A stretch of DNA of 64,000 bases from positions 1,046,974 to 1,110,973 of the forward strand of contig MU053379.1 in assembly GCA_013239625.1 (NCBI GenBank). Direction: 5' to 3'. A program made the position numbers and the translations under genes. The number at the start of each line of letters is the position of its first letter. The stretch's first letter is position 1. Shown in pieces: positions 13,195 through 26,009 of the stretch. The stretch is from Lama guanicoe. Its lineage: Eukaryota. The notes under the pieces were generated by a model that saw only the letters and a program-made list of their open reading frames with translations, was not told the DNA's origin and ran no database searches.

Positions 13195-13390
13195 AGTACT
13201 GTCCAACAGCAATTAAAATGCAAGCCACTTTGTAATTTTAAAATGTCCAGTAGCCTCACTAAAATAACTAAAAAGAAGCAGGTGAAATTAATTTTAAAAG
13301 TATATTTTGTTTACCCCAATACATTCAAAAGATTACCATTCCAATAAGGAATCAACATTTAAAATGGAGATATTTAACGTTCTTATTTTG
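13195..13390 (+). mobile_element. MER33-like fragment
   Basis: CTGTCCAACAG...GCAAGCCACTTTGTAATTTTAAAATGTCCAGTAGCC...CAGGTGAAATTAATTTT. Confidence 0.65.
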
Positions 13391-15109
13391 TATCCTCTCC
13401 CTAATAAATTTCTTACACCCAAATCCTTGCATCAGGCTCTGTTTTTGGGGCAACCCAAACTAAAACCTTCTCATCTGCAATGCTCTTACTCCCGTCCACA
13501 TGTGAAAATCTTGCTTATCCTTCAAGGCTTGGCCAAAAGGACACCTCCTCTGAGAAGTCTCCCTGGTGCCTCCTCAGAAAAAATGCACCTTCCAGGCCTC
13601 CCCACTAGCATCGCCCCCTTTCCTTCTGTCTGGCATGCCTGCTGGTTTTCCTGGGTCACAGTCAGGTGTTTGGGTTCTTTTCCCTGCCTTGGCTGAGCTC
13701 TGCAAGCACAGAGCTGTCTTCAGGCCCGTCACACAGCAGGTTCTCAGGAAAACTCTGCCAACTGTTTCAACATTTACCACCACAAATAGTTAATATTTAC
13801 CAAGTGCTTACAATGTGTGAAGCACTTTATAAGCCATTATTGCCCTGAAACCTCACAACCATCACTCAGGTGATAGGTAATAAAACCATGCCCATTTTAG
13901 AGATGGACAAACTAAAGCAAAAAGATAAATAATTTAGACAAGAGCACACTCAGCTAGCTCAGATCTGGAATTCTTAACTACTAAACTTGCAAACTCTTCC
14001 CTGAGAGCAGTCAGTGACTAATACTTCCACTAATGGAGAATTAACTCAGTCACAAATGAGGCAGCTCCAGCAGCGCAGTGTTTGCTCCAACCGAAGGTAC
14101 CAACAGCCAGCAATGCTCCCCAAGCCCCCTTCACTGTGTCTTCAAGGCCAGGATGAGAGAGCCCACCAGGCAAGGAGTTTCAGAAGCAAAGGGCCATGCC
14201 CTCAAGGCTGTCCTCAGACAGAGATGAAGAGCTGAGGAACGCTCCAGGACAATCCACGACAAATGACTGAGTGAGTGGTTCCCAGCTTCCTCCAGCCCTT
14301 GGGTCAGTTGTCTACAAGCCCAGCTTTGCAGCCATTTGTTGGGTCCAACCATAGCCTTGGGTCCCCCCATCCTACCACCACCCACAGGACCCTTCGCCAT
14401 CTGTAGGACCTTCCACCACTCACCACTCCCGAAGCATTCTACTGGGTTGCATTTCTGTCACGTTCAAAACCAGGCAACAGTCATTAGTGCTGTTAGAAGT
14501 CACATTACTGGAGCCTCTCAGAGGGAAGGAGATGGTGACCGGAGGGGGCAGAAGGGAGGGGGCAGTGACTAATGAGGAAAAGAAATATTCCAGCTCCTTA
14601 TATGGGTGAGTTCACTTTGTAAAAATTCCCACATTCTCAAACTATGCACTTATGATTTGTGTGCTTTGCTGGATGTTTGTTATATTTAAATGAAAATTTC
14701 CCTTTAGGAAAGTTTTTTTTAAAGGAAAAAAGAAAAACTTCTTAGTACACCAGTCCACGCTCTAAGGTGGAGGACACCCTTCTCAGGCCAGGAAGGCAGC
14801 CTATGGCCAGTATTCTAAGAACAAAAAAGTGTGATAAGAGCTATGAAAGAAATCTGAATACAGAGGACCTGAGAAGGGCCCTGGATTGGGGCGAGGGAAC
14901 TCAGAACCCCACTGGGAGAGAGGCGTGGACATTTTCCCATCCCCACCTAAATGCCAGGGGAACCACTAAACCCTGAAAGAGCTTGAGCGCTCAGTGAAAC
15001 TATAAATAGTAAATTCTATGAGGCTACAGGGAGAGTGAGTGGTGACCATGATGAGACTGAATGGTTAGGACTGGTTGGTTTAAATGAGATAAAATGGAAT
15101 TGCATGGAT

Positions 15110-15520
15110 AAGTTGGGATGGGATGGGATGGAGTAGGATGGGGGATGGAATGGGATGGGGTGGGAGGGGATGGGATAGGATGGGATGGGATGGGGTAGGA
15201 TGGGGGATGGAATGGGATGGGGTGGGAGAGGTTAGGATGGGATGGGATGGGATGGGGTAGGATGGGGGATGGAATGCGATGAGGTGGGAGAGGTTAGGAT
15301 GGGATGGGATGGGGTAGGATGGGGGATGGAATGGGATGGGGTGGGAGAGGTTAGGATGGGATGGGATGGGATGGGGTAGGATGGGGGATGGAATGCGATG
15401 AGGTGGGAGAGGTTAGGATGGGATGGGATGGGGTAGGATGGGGGATGGAATGGGATGGGGTGGGAGAGGTTGGGATGGGATGGGATGGGATGGGATGAGG
15501 TGGGAGAGTTAGGATAGGGT
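15110..15520. repeat. (GGATG)n-based minisatellite with ~60-bp higher-order units
   Basis: Six GTAGGATGGGGGATGGAATG anchors separated by GGATG runs, in OVOL2 intron 3. Confidence 0.9.
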
Positions 15521-16105
15521 TTGAAAATGGGACCCAGACTGTGAGGGGCTTTACACAAAACCCGACAAGATGGGGAGTTTGGATTTCATCCTGCCAGAGA
15601 TTTTTTAGCGGGGAAGTGGCATCTTACAATTCTCCTCAAGGGATCACTCTGGCCAAGGTGTGGATGGTGGACCTCAAGGAGAAGCCTGAGGGCCAGATGT
15701 TTCCTACATAAAACTAAGGAGGCTACTAACAATCAGAAGGGCCGGCAGAGAGCCGACGGGCTCCCCCAGGCCTGCCTGTGGGATGGAGCTGGTGAGGACC
15801 CAGACCCGCACTTCACAAGGAGACACTGAGGAGGTTTCAGGGGGGGAGGGCACTTGCCCACCAGCCCTGTAGGAGGCTCGGGCAGCTCTAAGCCAGCGGG
15901 GTTATTTCCTCCTTCTCCTTCTGAGCTCTCGGGAGGAAAGCGATGCTATTTTGAGATAGGCTCATTTCCCAAGAGAGGAACATAAAATACCACCAGTGGG
16001 ACCACAGGAACCACACGCTAGCCGTCAGCCCGGCCCCAGGGCTGCCCCAGGAAACCCCGCTCCCCGTGGCGGCATCACAGCTCCCTGGCCACTTGCGGCC
16101 AGTCA

Positions 16106-16699
<594 letters not shown>

Positions 16700-19518
16700 C
16701 TAGCTGGGGACACCCACCCAGCTAAACCCCGGCTTTCCCCAGCCTCACAGCAGGTCCCCGCGGTGAGACCACCTGGCTGATGAAATGTACTCTGAGGGGA
16801 AGGAGGGTGCCCCCTCCCTCCCTGACTCCTTCCTGTAGCTGGAGCTCCAACAGCCACCTTGGACCTTAAGGCGGAAGCCAGTGCTGAGGATGGAGAAACA
16901 GAAGGATAAGAGGAGTCTAGGTCCCAATAACATCCTGGAGTCTCCAAAGACAGCCACAATCAATTCCTTCCCCCGGTGCCTGCATCCTTTAGAGATGGAC
17001 ACTGTTTCCTCTCCTGTCGCATCTGGGCAGGCTTGTGTCAGTTCCAGGTCTTGAGAGACCTTCCAGCTTCTACATCCTCCCTCCTGGAAGCCAGCTGCCG
17101 CGAAGGAGCCCAAGACCCCCATGCTGTGAGGAAGCCCACGCAGCCGCGTGGAGGAGCGTTGAGGTGCCACGTATGAGGGGACTCACTGGCTTTCTGGCCC
17201 ACCCAGGGCAGCCACCAGAGTGAACAGACTCGGCCCAGAGTACAACCCTCTCGACCAGCCGTGCCCCAGCTCCCGACCCACAATCATGAACAAATTGAAC
17301 AGTCATCTTGAGAAGTGAGTGGGTCAGGATCCCACAGCCTCGTTATCAGAAAAACTATCACCAAATCTCAGTTCTGGACTGCCTGGGCCATTCTCTCAAT
17401 CGTGTTTGCTGCCTCAAAGGAAGAAAACAGAATCTCCAACTGTGTGATGAAAAACACCAGGTCAGATGTATTCATCAAAGGTTTCCTAGTTACCTGGTCC
17501 TAGTTATCAGATCCTTTGGAAGATGGATCCAATTGTTCTGCCAAAATTCTATTCATAAAAGGACCTAGAAAATTTACTTTCCGACAAGCATCTTTTTAGC
17601 AAGAAGAGCTGGCCCTTTCCTGACTTACCTCCTTTCTAGTCTCAGACACCCTCCTCCTTCGACCCACCGTGAGTACTGCCTTCCACTGAGACCCAGTTCA
17701 ACTGTCCCCTCCCTGATGCAGCTTCTCCAGCCGCTGCAGCCCCTGCCCAAACTAATCCCTGTACCCCTGAGACCAGTGCCCCTCAGATCCCACTGTGCAC
17801 ATGAATCCTCTGGGGTTCTTGTTAAAACGGGGGTTCTCATTCAGGATGTCTGGTGGGGTTTGGATGCAGCATTTGTAACCAGCTCCCAGGAGAGGCCACC
17901 GTTCAGTCCATGGACTGCACTTCAGATGTGAGGCACTGGCCCTCCCACAGTTCAATACTTTATTCCAACTCATTCTAGACGCTTCCATTACACACGAACA
18001 TTTCCTCAGGTTTCATTCTGGAAACGTTCCTCTGGCTTTCTCAGAGTAAAAACGGAAGTTCTCCAAAATGCCTAAGCAAAGACAGTGTTCCCATTTCTCC
18101 ATGATATACATCCCCATTTCACAGCATGGAAAACTGAGTTACCACAAAGTGCTCCTTTAGGGAATTCCCATAAGGTGCATCCTTCCAGCCCATGAAGTGT
18201 GGCTTGCCACCTAAATATGCATCTTGGACCAATCCAGCCCCCAGACATGTATGAATTATATTCAGAGCCTCTGAAGAGAGGCTTTTTGAAAGAAGATATA
18301 GGGTTAATTAAATGACAAAGGATCGTGGACGGTGAAGCCATCCTCTGTCAGACTAGTTCACTCCTCAGAAAGAAAGGAATAATTCCTTCCTCAGAAAGGA
18401 GAAATTCCTCAGAATTCCTGAGACAGTCTCTAACTCCTCAGAAAAGTATTTGGAGGAAAAATTCCTCAACATGAAGTTTATCCCATAGAGTGTATTTCAC
18501 TTGTGCCTTGAAATTTGTTCTGTAATAGCAAAGGCTGAAACTACCTGTATGCCCATCAACAGGGACTTGTTAAAAAAAAAAACATTTAAAAAGATGGTAG
18601 AATCAGATAATGAAAGCAGCCAGAACACGGACAGAGGACCAACTAACTGCCAGCCACATGAGTGAGCCCCCTTGGGTGTCTAACCCCAGCTGTCACCTGA
18701 CTGCACCCTCAAAAGAAACCCCAGGCAAGACCCACCTAGCTGAACCCAATCATTCCACAGAACTGGAAGATATTATAATAAATTACTGTAAGATGCTAAA
18801 TTGGGGGTTATTTGTGACAGCAATAGACAACTAGAACGGTGATCGATGTATCATCAGCACCAGGTTGGCCACATTTCTGAGCTGTCTCTCCCAGAATGGG
18901 CTCCGTGGTCCAGAAGGCACCTGTGATTCTTGAAATGATGCCCTGTGGGCTGGAGGACCAGCCATCCCTCCTCGGCCCAGCTGTCTGCTCACTGGGGCCA
19001 TCTTTGTTACGTTTACTCGGGTGCACACCTACCACTCTACCCCCGAAAAGTTCAAAATAGGGCGAACCAACATACCTCGTCACTCTACTCTTCAAGGGAT
19101 AGACCAAAACTTGTTACAGCTTATAGTCATCTCGGTTACAAAATGAGCAAATGGAGAGACAAGAAATGCTGGGGATCAAATAAAAATCTAGACCTGGCTG
19201 CTGCGCGATGTTATTTAGAATCCCTGGCCCACACTTCCCCACGTGCGAAAATAATCAAATGGAGTTAGATGAGTTCTTTCGCTGAATTCAAATCCTGCTC
19301 CACCACGCGCAGTCTGGGGCAAAGGCGAGTTACTGAACCTAAGCTTTCATTTCGTCACATAAAATGTGGACAATAATGATACTTGCCTCTTGGATTGTTA
19401 GGGAATTAAGGAAAGCTACTTTAAAAGGACTGCTTGCTCGATAAATCCTAGCTAACTCTTAAAGTTTGACAAGCTCCAAAACCCTGTGACCCCTAAATAA
19501 AAGGTAATTGGTCAAGAA

Positions 19519-19731
19519 GGGGTGGGCAGCGCTCAGCGGTAGAGTCCATGCCTAGCATGCATGAGGCCCTGGGTTCAATCCCCAGCACCTCCGTTAAAAA
19601 TAAACAAATAGGGGGAGGGTGTAGCTCAAGTGATAGAGCACGTGCTTAGCATGCACAAGGTCCTGGGTTCAAGCCTCAGTACCTCCATTAAAAATAAATA
19701 AATAAAAAATAAATAAATAAACCTAATTACC
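19519..19731 (+). mobile_element. Two nested tRNA-Ala-derived SINEs with a 17-bp target site duplication
   Basis: Heads at 19519 and 19611, one shared tail; TSD AAAAGGTAATTGGTCAA at 19499-19515 and 19735-19751. Confidence 0.88.
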
Positions 19732-21169
19732 AGAAAAAGGTAATTGGTCAAAACCCCTTGTTCCTCCATTTGTCTTTTGAGTTTTTCTCTCACTGATGGA
19801 AGAAGGGAACTAACCTCCAATGTGGGTCACCAGCACCCAGTCCTTCATCTGTAACTCTGCAATCCGAAAAGCGCTGGAAACCAACATTCTCTCTTATCTC
19901 CCTTGGCAACAAAACCGGAAGCTACCCATTTGGGGAAAATATTCACGTTTTGATATGGGAATTATTCATGTGTTCAATTACAGGTTCAATTACCGCTCCA
20001 GACACAATGTTACCTCTTGGAAAAGCGTAATAGTCTCTCTCTCTCAATCCAAAATTAACACTGTCCAAGAGGTTTATTACCGAAGTGGAGATTAATTAAT
20101 TAACTGGAGCCAAACTCCGGGCAAGAAAGATGAAGAGAGACTGAGTAAGTCCCCAACCCGGTAGGTTGGCGCTTTCTTGTTGGCTGTCCTGCTTTCTACA
20201 GGATCTCGCCTTTCATTTGAAAAAACACACAAAGTTCTCCTCTAGTTCTTCTAAAACACAGGCCTCTGCGGCAGAAACAAACCCATCATTGTATCAGAGC
20301 TGCTGAAGACTTCAGGAGCGTCCGGGGAGGTAGGGACTTCAACCAGCCCTCTGACCAACTTCAAAGCTGACTAAGGTCATTCACCTGCCAACTTGGAAAG
20401 GAAAAAAAAAAATCCTTATACCTGAAATTAACATTGTAAACCAACTACACTTCAATTAAAAAAAAAATCCTTTATTTTCTGTGGATGCTTCTACCAGAAG
20501 AGTCTTCAAATTAATGGTCCTATTATTAATGGAGGTGACTGTGAGTCCAGGCTACCTTCTGGCAGCCATTTGGACAAGATCTCCATTGACACATTTGCTT
20601 ATGCTCGAACACTCAAAACATGCTAAGCATATTTCTCTGATTCTTTGGGATAAAAATTCCCCTCCTGCTCCCATGGACCATTTCCTTAAGCTTCACAACT
20701 CCACTACATGACAGAATGCAGAACCTTCTCAAATGCAGAGAGGCTGGAGAGAATACATCCCTATAGTCCAGAAGAAACGGAGGCTCAAAGATCTGTAACC
20801 AGCCTGTGGCCGCATGACTCGTAGGCGCCCACACTGGGATTTTGATGGGGCCGGTTATCTGCGAAATGTGTGGCTACACTTCCCCGGGACAGGCCCACGG
20901 GTCTGGGCATGATGTGGGGGAGAGGGAGGGGATGAGCCCTACTGTTTGCCTCATATCGTGGTGAGAAATAGCTTTGGGTTCCCTCATGTCAGATTGTTAC
21001 TGCGAATGGCTGAAGTGTCAAAGATGCCTTCCAGCAACGCGAACAGAATAAGGAGCCTCGGCTGGGCTTTGGCACTAACAACCGTGAGGAACTCAACAAA
21101 ACCTCTCTGGCTTTATCTTCCTCCCGTTAAATACGAGGTGACTGGACCACAGAAACTTTAAGGGTCCCT

Positions 21170-21600
21170 GTAGTAGATCCTATGGGTGGACACGCTCAGC
21201 CTCTATTCCTGCTCCTCTGGTGGGCCTTGCTGTACGGCATAAGCTAGAAAGCTAGGCACATTTTCCAGAATCCCTTGCAGCTGTGGGTTTTAGATGTGAC
21301 TTGGGCCCCACCAGTTACATGCCACTGTCAGGAGATTTGAATTTGTGCCTGAGTTAATTGAGCAGAGGCAGCTCCATGGCAACTGTTTCACACTGCACTA
21401 GCAGAAGCATTGTGATGCACGAACAGCAGCCATTGAGGCAGCAGCTCCCTAGATGGCCCAGTTCTGCAGTGTTGGCTCTGGGAGTCATTCCTGGGAGCTT
21501 AGCCTGGTCTTTCCGTAGTCCACTTAGTACCCTATAATTAACCATTCTCTGCTTAAGCTAGAGGCATTGGATTCCGTCTCTGCAATGAAATCCACGCTGT
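21170..21600 (+). mobile_element. ERVL LTR (LTR33-like)
   Basis: TGTAGTAG start; CTGCTTAAGCTAGAGGCATTGGATTCCGTCTCTGCAA end motif. Confidence 0.5.
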
Positions 21601-24600
21601 CCCTTCCAGCAACAAAAACCCATTTCGCCTATATTCCAACTAAAAGCTGGTGGAGTTAACACTGATATTGTTCTCCTATTCCTCCTTTTTTCTCCCTTTA
21701 AATTAATTTAAGCTTTCTCAGGCATTCATTCCAAGCATTTTCCCTTTTTTTCCTTGCTTCCTGTTTTTCCCTAAATGCTGTCACTTACGTCTAGGGACTG
21801 TTGACTCCTTTCTTGCCTGTGTTTCTCCTCTGTGTTGACTTAAGTCCTCCTATGAGTCAGGCATTACTGCACTGGGTGCTGGAAATACAAGCCCTGTAGG
21901 AATGTTCCCTGACTTTGATGGGTCTCGAATCAAGGAGTCTGGTCAGCCAAGGAGATAGCCAATGAGTTACAATATTGGTGGGGGAATTGAGGCATCCAGT
22001 TCTGTCTTGGGAGATAGAAGACAAAAGGCAAGGAGTTAGGGATGGGGCTTATGTTCCCTTCTGAATATCAAATGGATGGAGTTTTTAAAAATACTCACAT
22101 CCAGGGCAAACCCCTTGTCCCTACCGTAGGCAACAAAATACTGGACGTTAACAAAATTTGCTGTTCATCACTATCAGCTAACTCCCTACTGGGCAGTTTG
22201 TACATGCACAAAATTGCTCAACAATTTACACCCATTATATCATTTAATCTACCCAGTATTTCTGAGAAGCCAATTCTGTTATTTCTCCATCTTACAGATC
22301 AGTGAACTAAGGCTCAGAACAGATAATATATCCCCAACGGCAGCTGGTAAGATAGACCCAGAAGAGATTTTTCTTCTCAGAAACCTTCCAGAGCCCCTCC
22401 TCCGCTCCCACAGAAGTATCCACACGTCCAGGCGTAGCCCCTTTACCACCTCAGCCTGTCCTGGCTACATTTCTAGCTCCTCACCCCTCCCCTGGACTCC
22501 CCAGACCCCAGACATGCTACCCATCCTCCCTCTGGCCACCACAGCTGAGTCCTATCCTTACTCAAGCTTGGGGTTCCACCCACACCACCCTAGAACCTGT
22601 CTCTCCCATTCTTCAACAGCCCTCAAATCCACACCAAGAAATCCTTCCTCTGCTCAGAATTTATCACATCTTTGCTTGTGGTTCTGGCTTAGTGTTCACT
22701 TTCCTGTAATTGAGTTAATAATTAATACGGTATTTGTGTCTCCCCACCAACCCAAATAATTCTAGCTAGAGTTATTAGGTACCATGTTTCACACTTAGCT
22801 CATTTATCCTCAGAACTCTGTGAGGTATCATCACTGTTCCCATTTCACACACAAGGAAATCAAGGCCGAGGGAGTAGCAACTTGCCCAAGGTCAGACACA
22901 GCTAAGAAGTGATGAAGCCAGAGCTCAGAGGCTTAACAGCTACAGTTACATGATCCTGGGTAGTGGCATCTTTATCTTGGGGCTGGGCTGCCTCGTACAC
23001 AGCAGGCACCTACATAGTGGGGGACGGGATACCGCCTCTCTTTGCAGGTCCCTGGCTCAAATCTGTCCTTCCTCTGGCCCTAAAAACCAACTGCCTAGTG
23101 AGTGTTTTCAAGTCATTAAAACAATGCGTCATGCCTGAGTGGCTTTCTCCCTCTTAGGGTTAGGGAACTAATTTCTTAGACAGTTCAGCGTGCTTTGCAT
23201 AGAATTCTAAAGTTACACATCGTGCTAAGTCACAGGCAATTTGACCAGTCATTTGAACATGGCAATACCACAGCTGAGAATTGTTGCAGGCTTGGAGCAT
23301 CTTAACACCAAGATGTGGCCTATTTGCAGGTGGAAACAGAGGGAGAAGGAGCCTGAATTTAGTTCTCAGTAAACAAACAAAAACTTCTCTGGAAACTTTG
23401 TTAACAGTTGAGCAAAGTCTGTACCTCGTCCCCCACCCCTAGGGGCAGCACAAAGACAAGGATCATGGAAATAAGACTGGTTTACTCACTCCCTTAATCC
23501 AAGGATCCAATGCTGCTCTTTGCCTTGGGGCAGCAAAGAGATGTCCTAAAACGGTGGTTAAGGGACTGGATATTTTTCCTTTGCCACTTTCTCTTCAGGG
23601 TAATACGGGCAATTGGGGGACAGAAGGGTAAACTAGCTATAGATGATCGCTAAACAAGGTAGCAACTGCCCTTCCAGCCTGGCGATAAATATGCAAGTGG
23701 GACAATGTGTAGAATTTCCCGGAGGGCAGAGCTACCAGCCTCAGGCGAACTGTCCCTCCCACTTAACCCCATCTGGCCCAGAAAAGCCTCCAGCCAGCTG
23801 ACTTTGAACCTCAGCAGCACACTGAACAATAGGCTGGATGCCCACACCCAGTTGGAGCATCCTTTAAAGAGGTCTTACCTAAGGATTCCTGCTCAAGCCT
23901 CTAGCCTCAATTCATAACCAAATGCACCCCAGCCCACCCCAGAGCCAGAAATATGCATAGGGGAGGGATGACCTCTCCCAGGAAAAGTAACGGAGGTTTT
24001 CTCAATCCACAGCAAATCCTAGGGTTTCTCCTTCCCACACACCCCCTGCTTGGGCAGCGGGGCTGCAGGATCGCCCTAGAGCGCCCAAGAATTAACACCT
24101 ACACCAAGGCCTGGAGCCCGCAAAGGCTCACACTAAGGCCCACCTGGCTAGAAGCTGGGATCATGTGATTCCTAAAACGCCACTCCCTGGCTCCAGCTTG
24201 CTGTGAGTCAGTGGAATGGGACTGTTTAATCTTACAGGTAGCGGATACCTTTGAGCAGGCAATCATGGAAGTTCCACCTAGGAAAGCACAGATGGGCGTC
24301 CCGATAAGATAAGACATGGCCTACAATTCTAGGAGGCCAGGTAGGGGTGGGAGCCCGAGAGCGGTAACAGAGGAAAACAAACACTCCAAACCACGGGGGG
24401 AGGGGCAACGGGGCAATTTGCAGTTGAATCCGTTTATCCGTCAATTCGAGAAGCTTTGACCAACACAAGTTTAAAGTGCCCAGCACAGACCTCGTGTCTA
24501 ACGGGCACTGTATAATTGGTTCTGGGAACAGTCTGTTATTGTGAGAGACCCACTGTGTGCCAAGCTGCCGCCACTGTCTCCAGAACGCGAAGAAGGGGGT

Positions 24601-25039
24601 GAAACTCAGAATTCACCAAGCGCTCAGAACGGCGCCCCAGAGTGGGGATCTCGGAGCCTGGGGTCCCTCCTTTCCCACCCCGGGAGCTCCGATGGCCTGG
24701 TGGTTCCTCAGGCCTCGCTCACAGAATGGGCTGCTGCGGGGAGGAAGCTGGGCCTGCGCATTTTAGGCAGTTCCAGAGGCCACGCGGGCAGACTCGGGCC
24801 GCTCCGGGAGCCGGTCTCCGGGGCGCAGCGCGCGGGCAGCCGTCTACTCGGCAGGCGGGACGACGCACCGAGGCGCCCTGGCTGCCGCCCAGGGGCAGGT
24901 GCAGGAGCGGCGCTGCGGGCGCGCTGCGTGCACCGGTGCCGGGGTGCGCGGGCGGGCGCGGCAGGGAGGGGCGCCGGCCGCGGGAGCCCGACGCCAGGGC
25001 GTGGTGCAGGTGGCGGCGGGGGCAGAGTCGACACTGTAC

Positions 25040-25260
25040 CTTGATTTTCGACCTGGCGACTGGGCGCTGCTTCTCCGCCAAATGTCCACCGGGGCCCTCG
25101 CCGTCGCCGGACTCGGGGGTTTCGCGCTCGAGGGCGCGCGGTGACGAGCTGCTCTCGGCGCCTCCCGGCTCCCCCGCGCTGTTGCTGCCGCCGCCGCTGC
25201 TGCTGCCGCCGTCGCTGCGGCAGTCCTCGGGGGGGTCGTGGAGCAGACGGCCCAGGCCCA
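25040..25260 (-). CDS. OVOL2: OVOL2 coding exon 2 (Gly/Ser-rich linker)
   Basis: Acceptor CCTCCGCAG| and donor AAG|GTACAG; 221 nt; (V)GLGRLLHDPPEDCRSDGGSSSGGGSNSAGEPGG...RPVARSKIK in frame with exon 1. Confidence 0.96.
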
Positions 25261-25909
25261 CTGCGGAGGGAGGGCCGCGCCCCGACACACAGACACGCGG
25301 CGTCAGGCCCAGGCGCCCGCGGCAGTTTGACCTGCGGGCGGTGCCGTCGCCGCCCCGCCCCGCCCCGGACCTGGGCACGTCGCCAAAGTGGGCAACGCCG
25401 CGGGGGTGCGCGACCAGCCCCCGACTCGGCCTCCCGAGCGAGCTTGGGGTTCTGGGGCCGCTCCTCGGTCCCAGTTCCCTCGCCCCCGAGGAACGGAGGG
25501 CCATGCGGCACTGGGGACCCCGTGTGCCGAATTTCCTCTCCCTGGGATTGGGGGGGCTGCCCTGGCCCGAGAAAGGTTGACGGATCCCTGTACAAGCCCA
25601 TGAGGACGTGGGACTGGGGGTTGCCCCTACCCGCCTCCAACCCCCTTCCTGGGCCACCGCCGTCCGCGTTGCAGCCAACGGTCCCGCCGCCGGGCAATTA
25701 GAGGCGCCCACTAGGGAGAAGGGGGAGCAGGGCGTCCGGGGTTCCGAGCCTCTCTTGATCCTCCCGCGCCTCAGTGACCTTCTCCTCCCCCTGAAAGAGG
25801 GGCATGGTGTGGGGGAGTCCAGCCCCGGCCACAGAGCAGAGGGACGGAGTCACCCCTGCCCCCACCCCGGGAACCCGGCGCCCAGGCCCGTCCCCCGCGC
25901 GGCGCTCAC

Positions 25910-26009
25910 CTGGGATGTAGGTGTCTGCCCTTTCCTCGTCCGGGAGCTCATCCCAGCTGCGGACCGAGACCCCCGGGCTCCTTCTCTTCACCAGGAAGAC
26001 TTTGGGCAT
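25910..26009 (-). CDS. OVOL2: OVOL2 coding exon 1 (SNAG repressor motif MPKVFLVKR)
   Basis: ATG at 26009 (minus) translates MPKVFLVKRRSPGVSVRSWDELPDEERADTYIP, followed by donor G|GTGAG at 25909; 100 nt, phase 1. Confidence 0.97.

Noticed and set aside
15110..15558. Regularly spaced repeat units and a 108-aa HPIPS-rich ORF
   Set aside because: Spacers are not unique, so it is not a CRISPR array; the ORF is simply translated simple repeat.
19611..19687. tRNA-Ala(AGC)-like sequences here and at about 12 other sites
   Set aside because: They carry SINE tails, A-rich ends, TSDs and stem-breaking substitutions, so they are SINE heads rather than functional tRNA genes.
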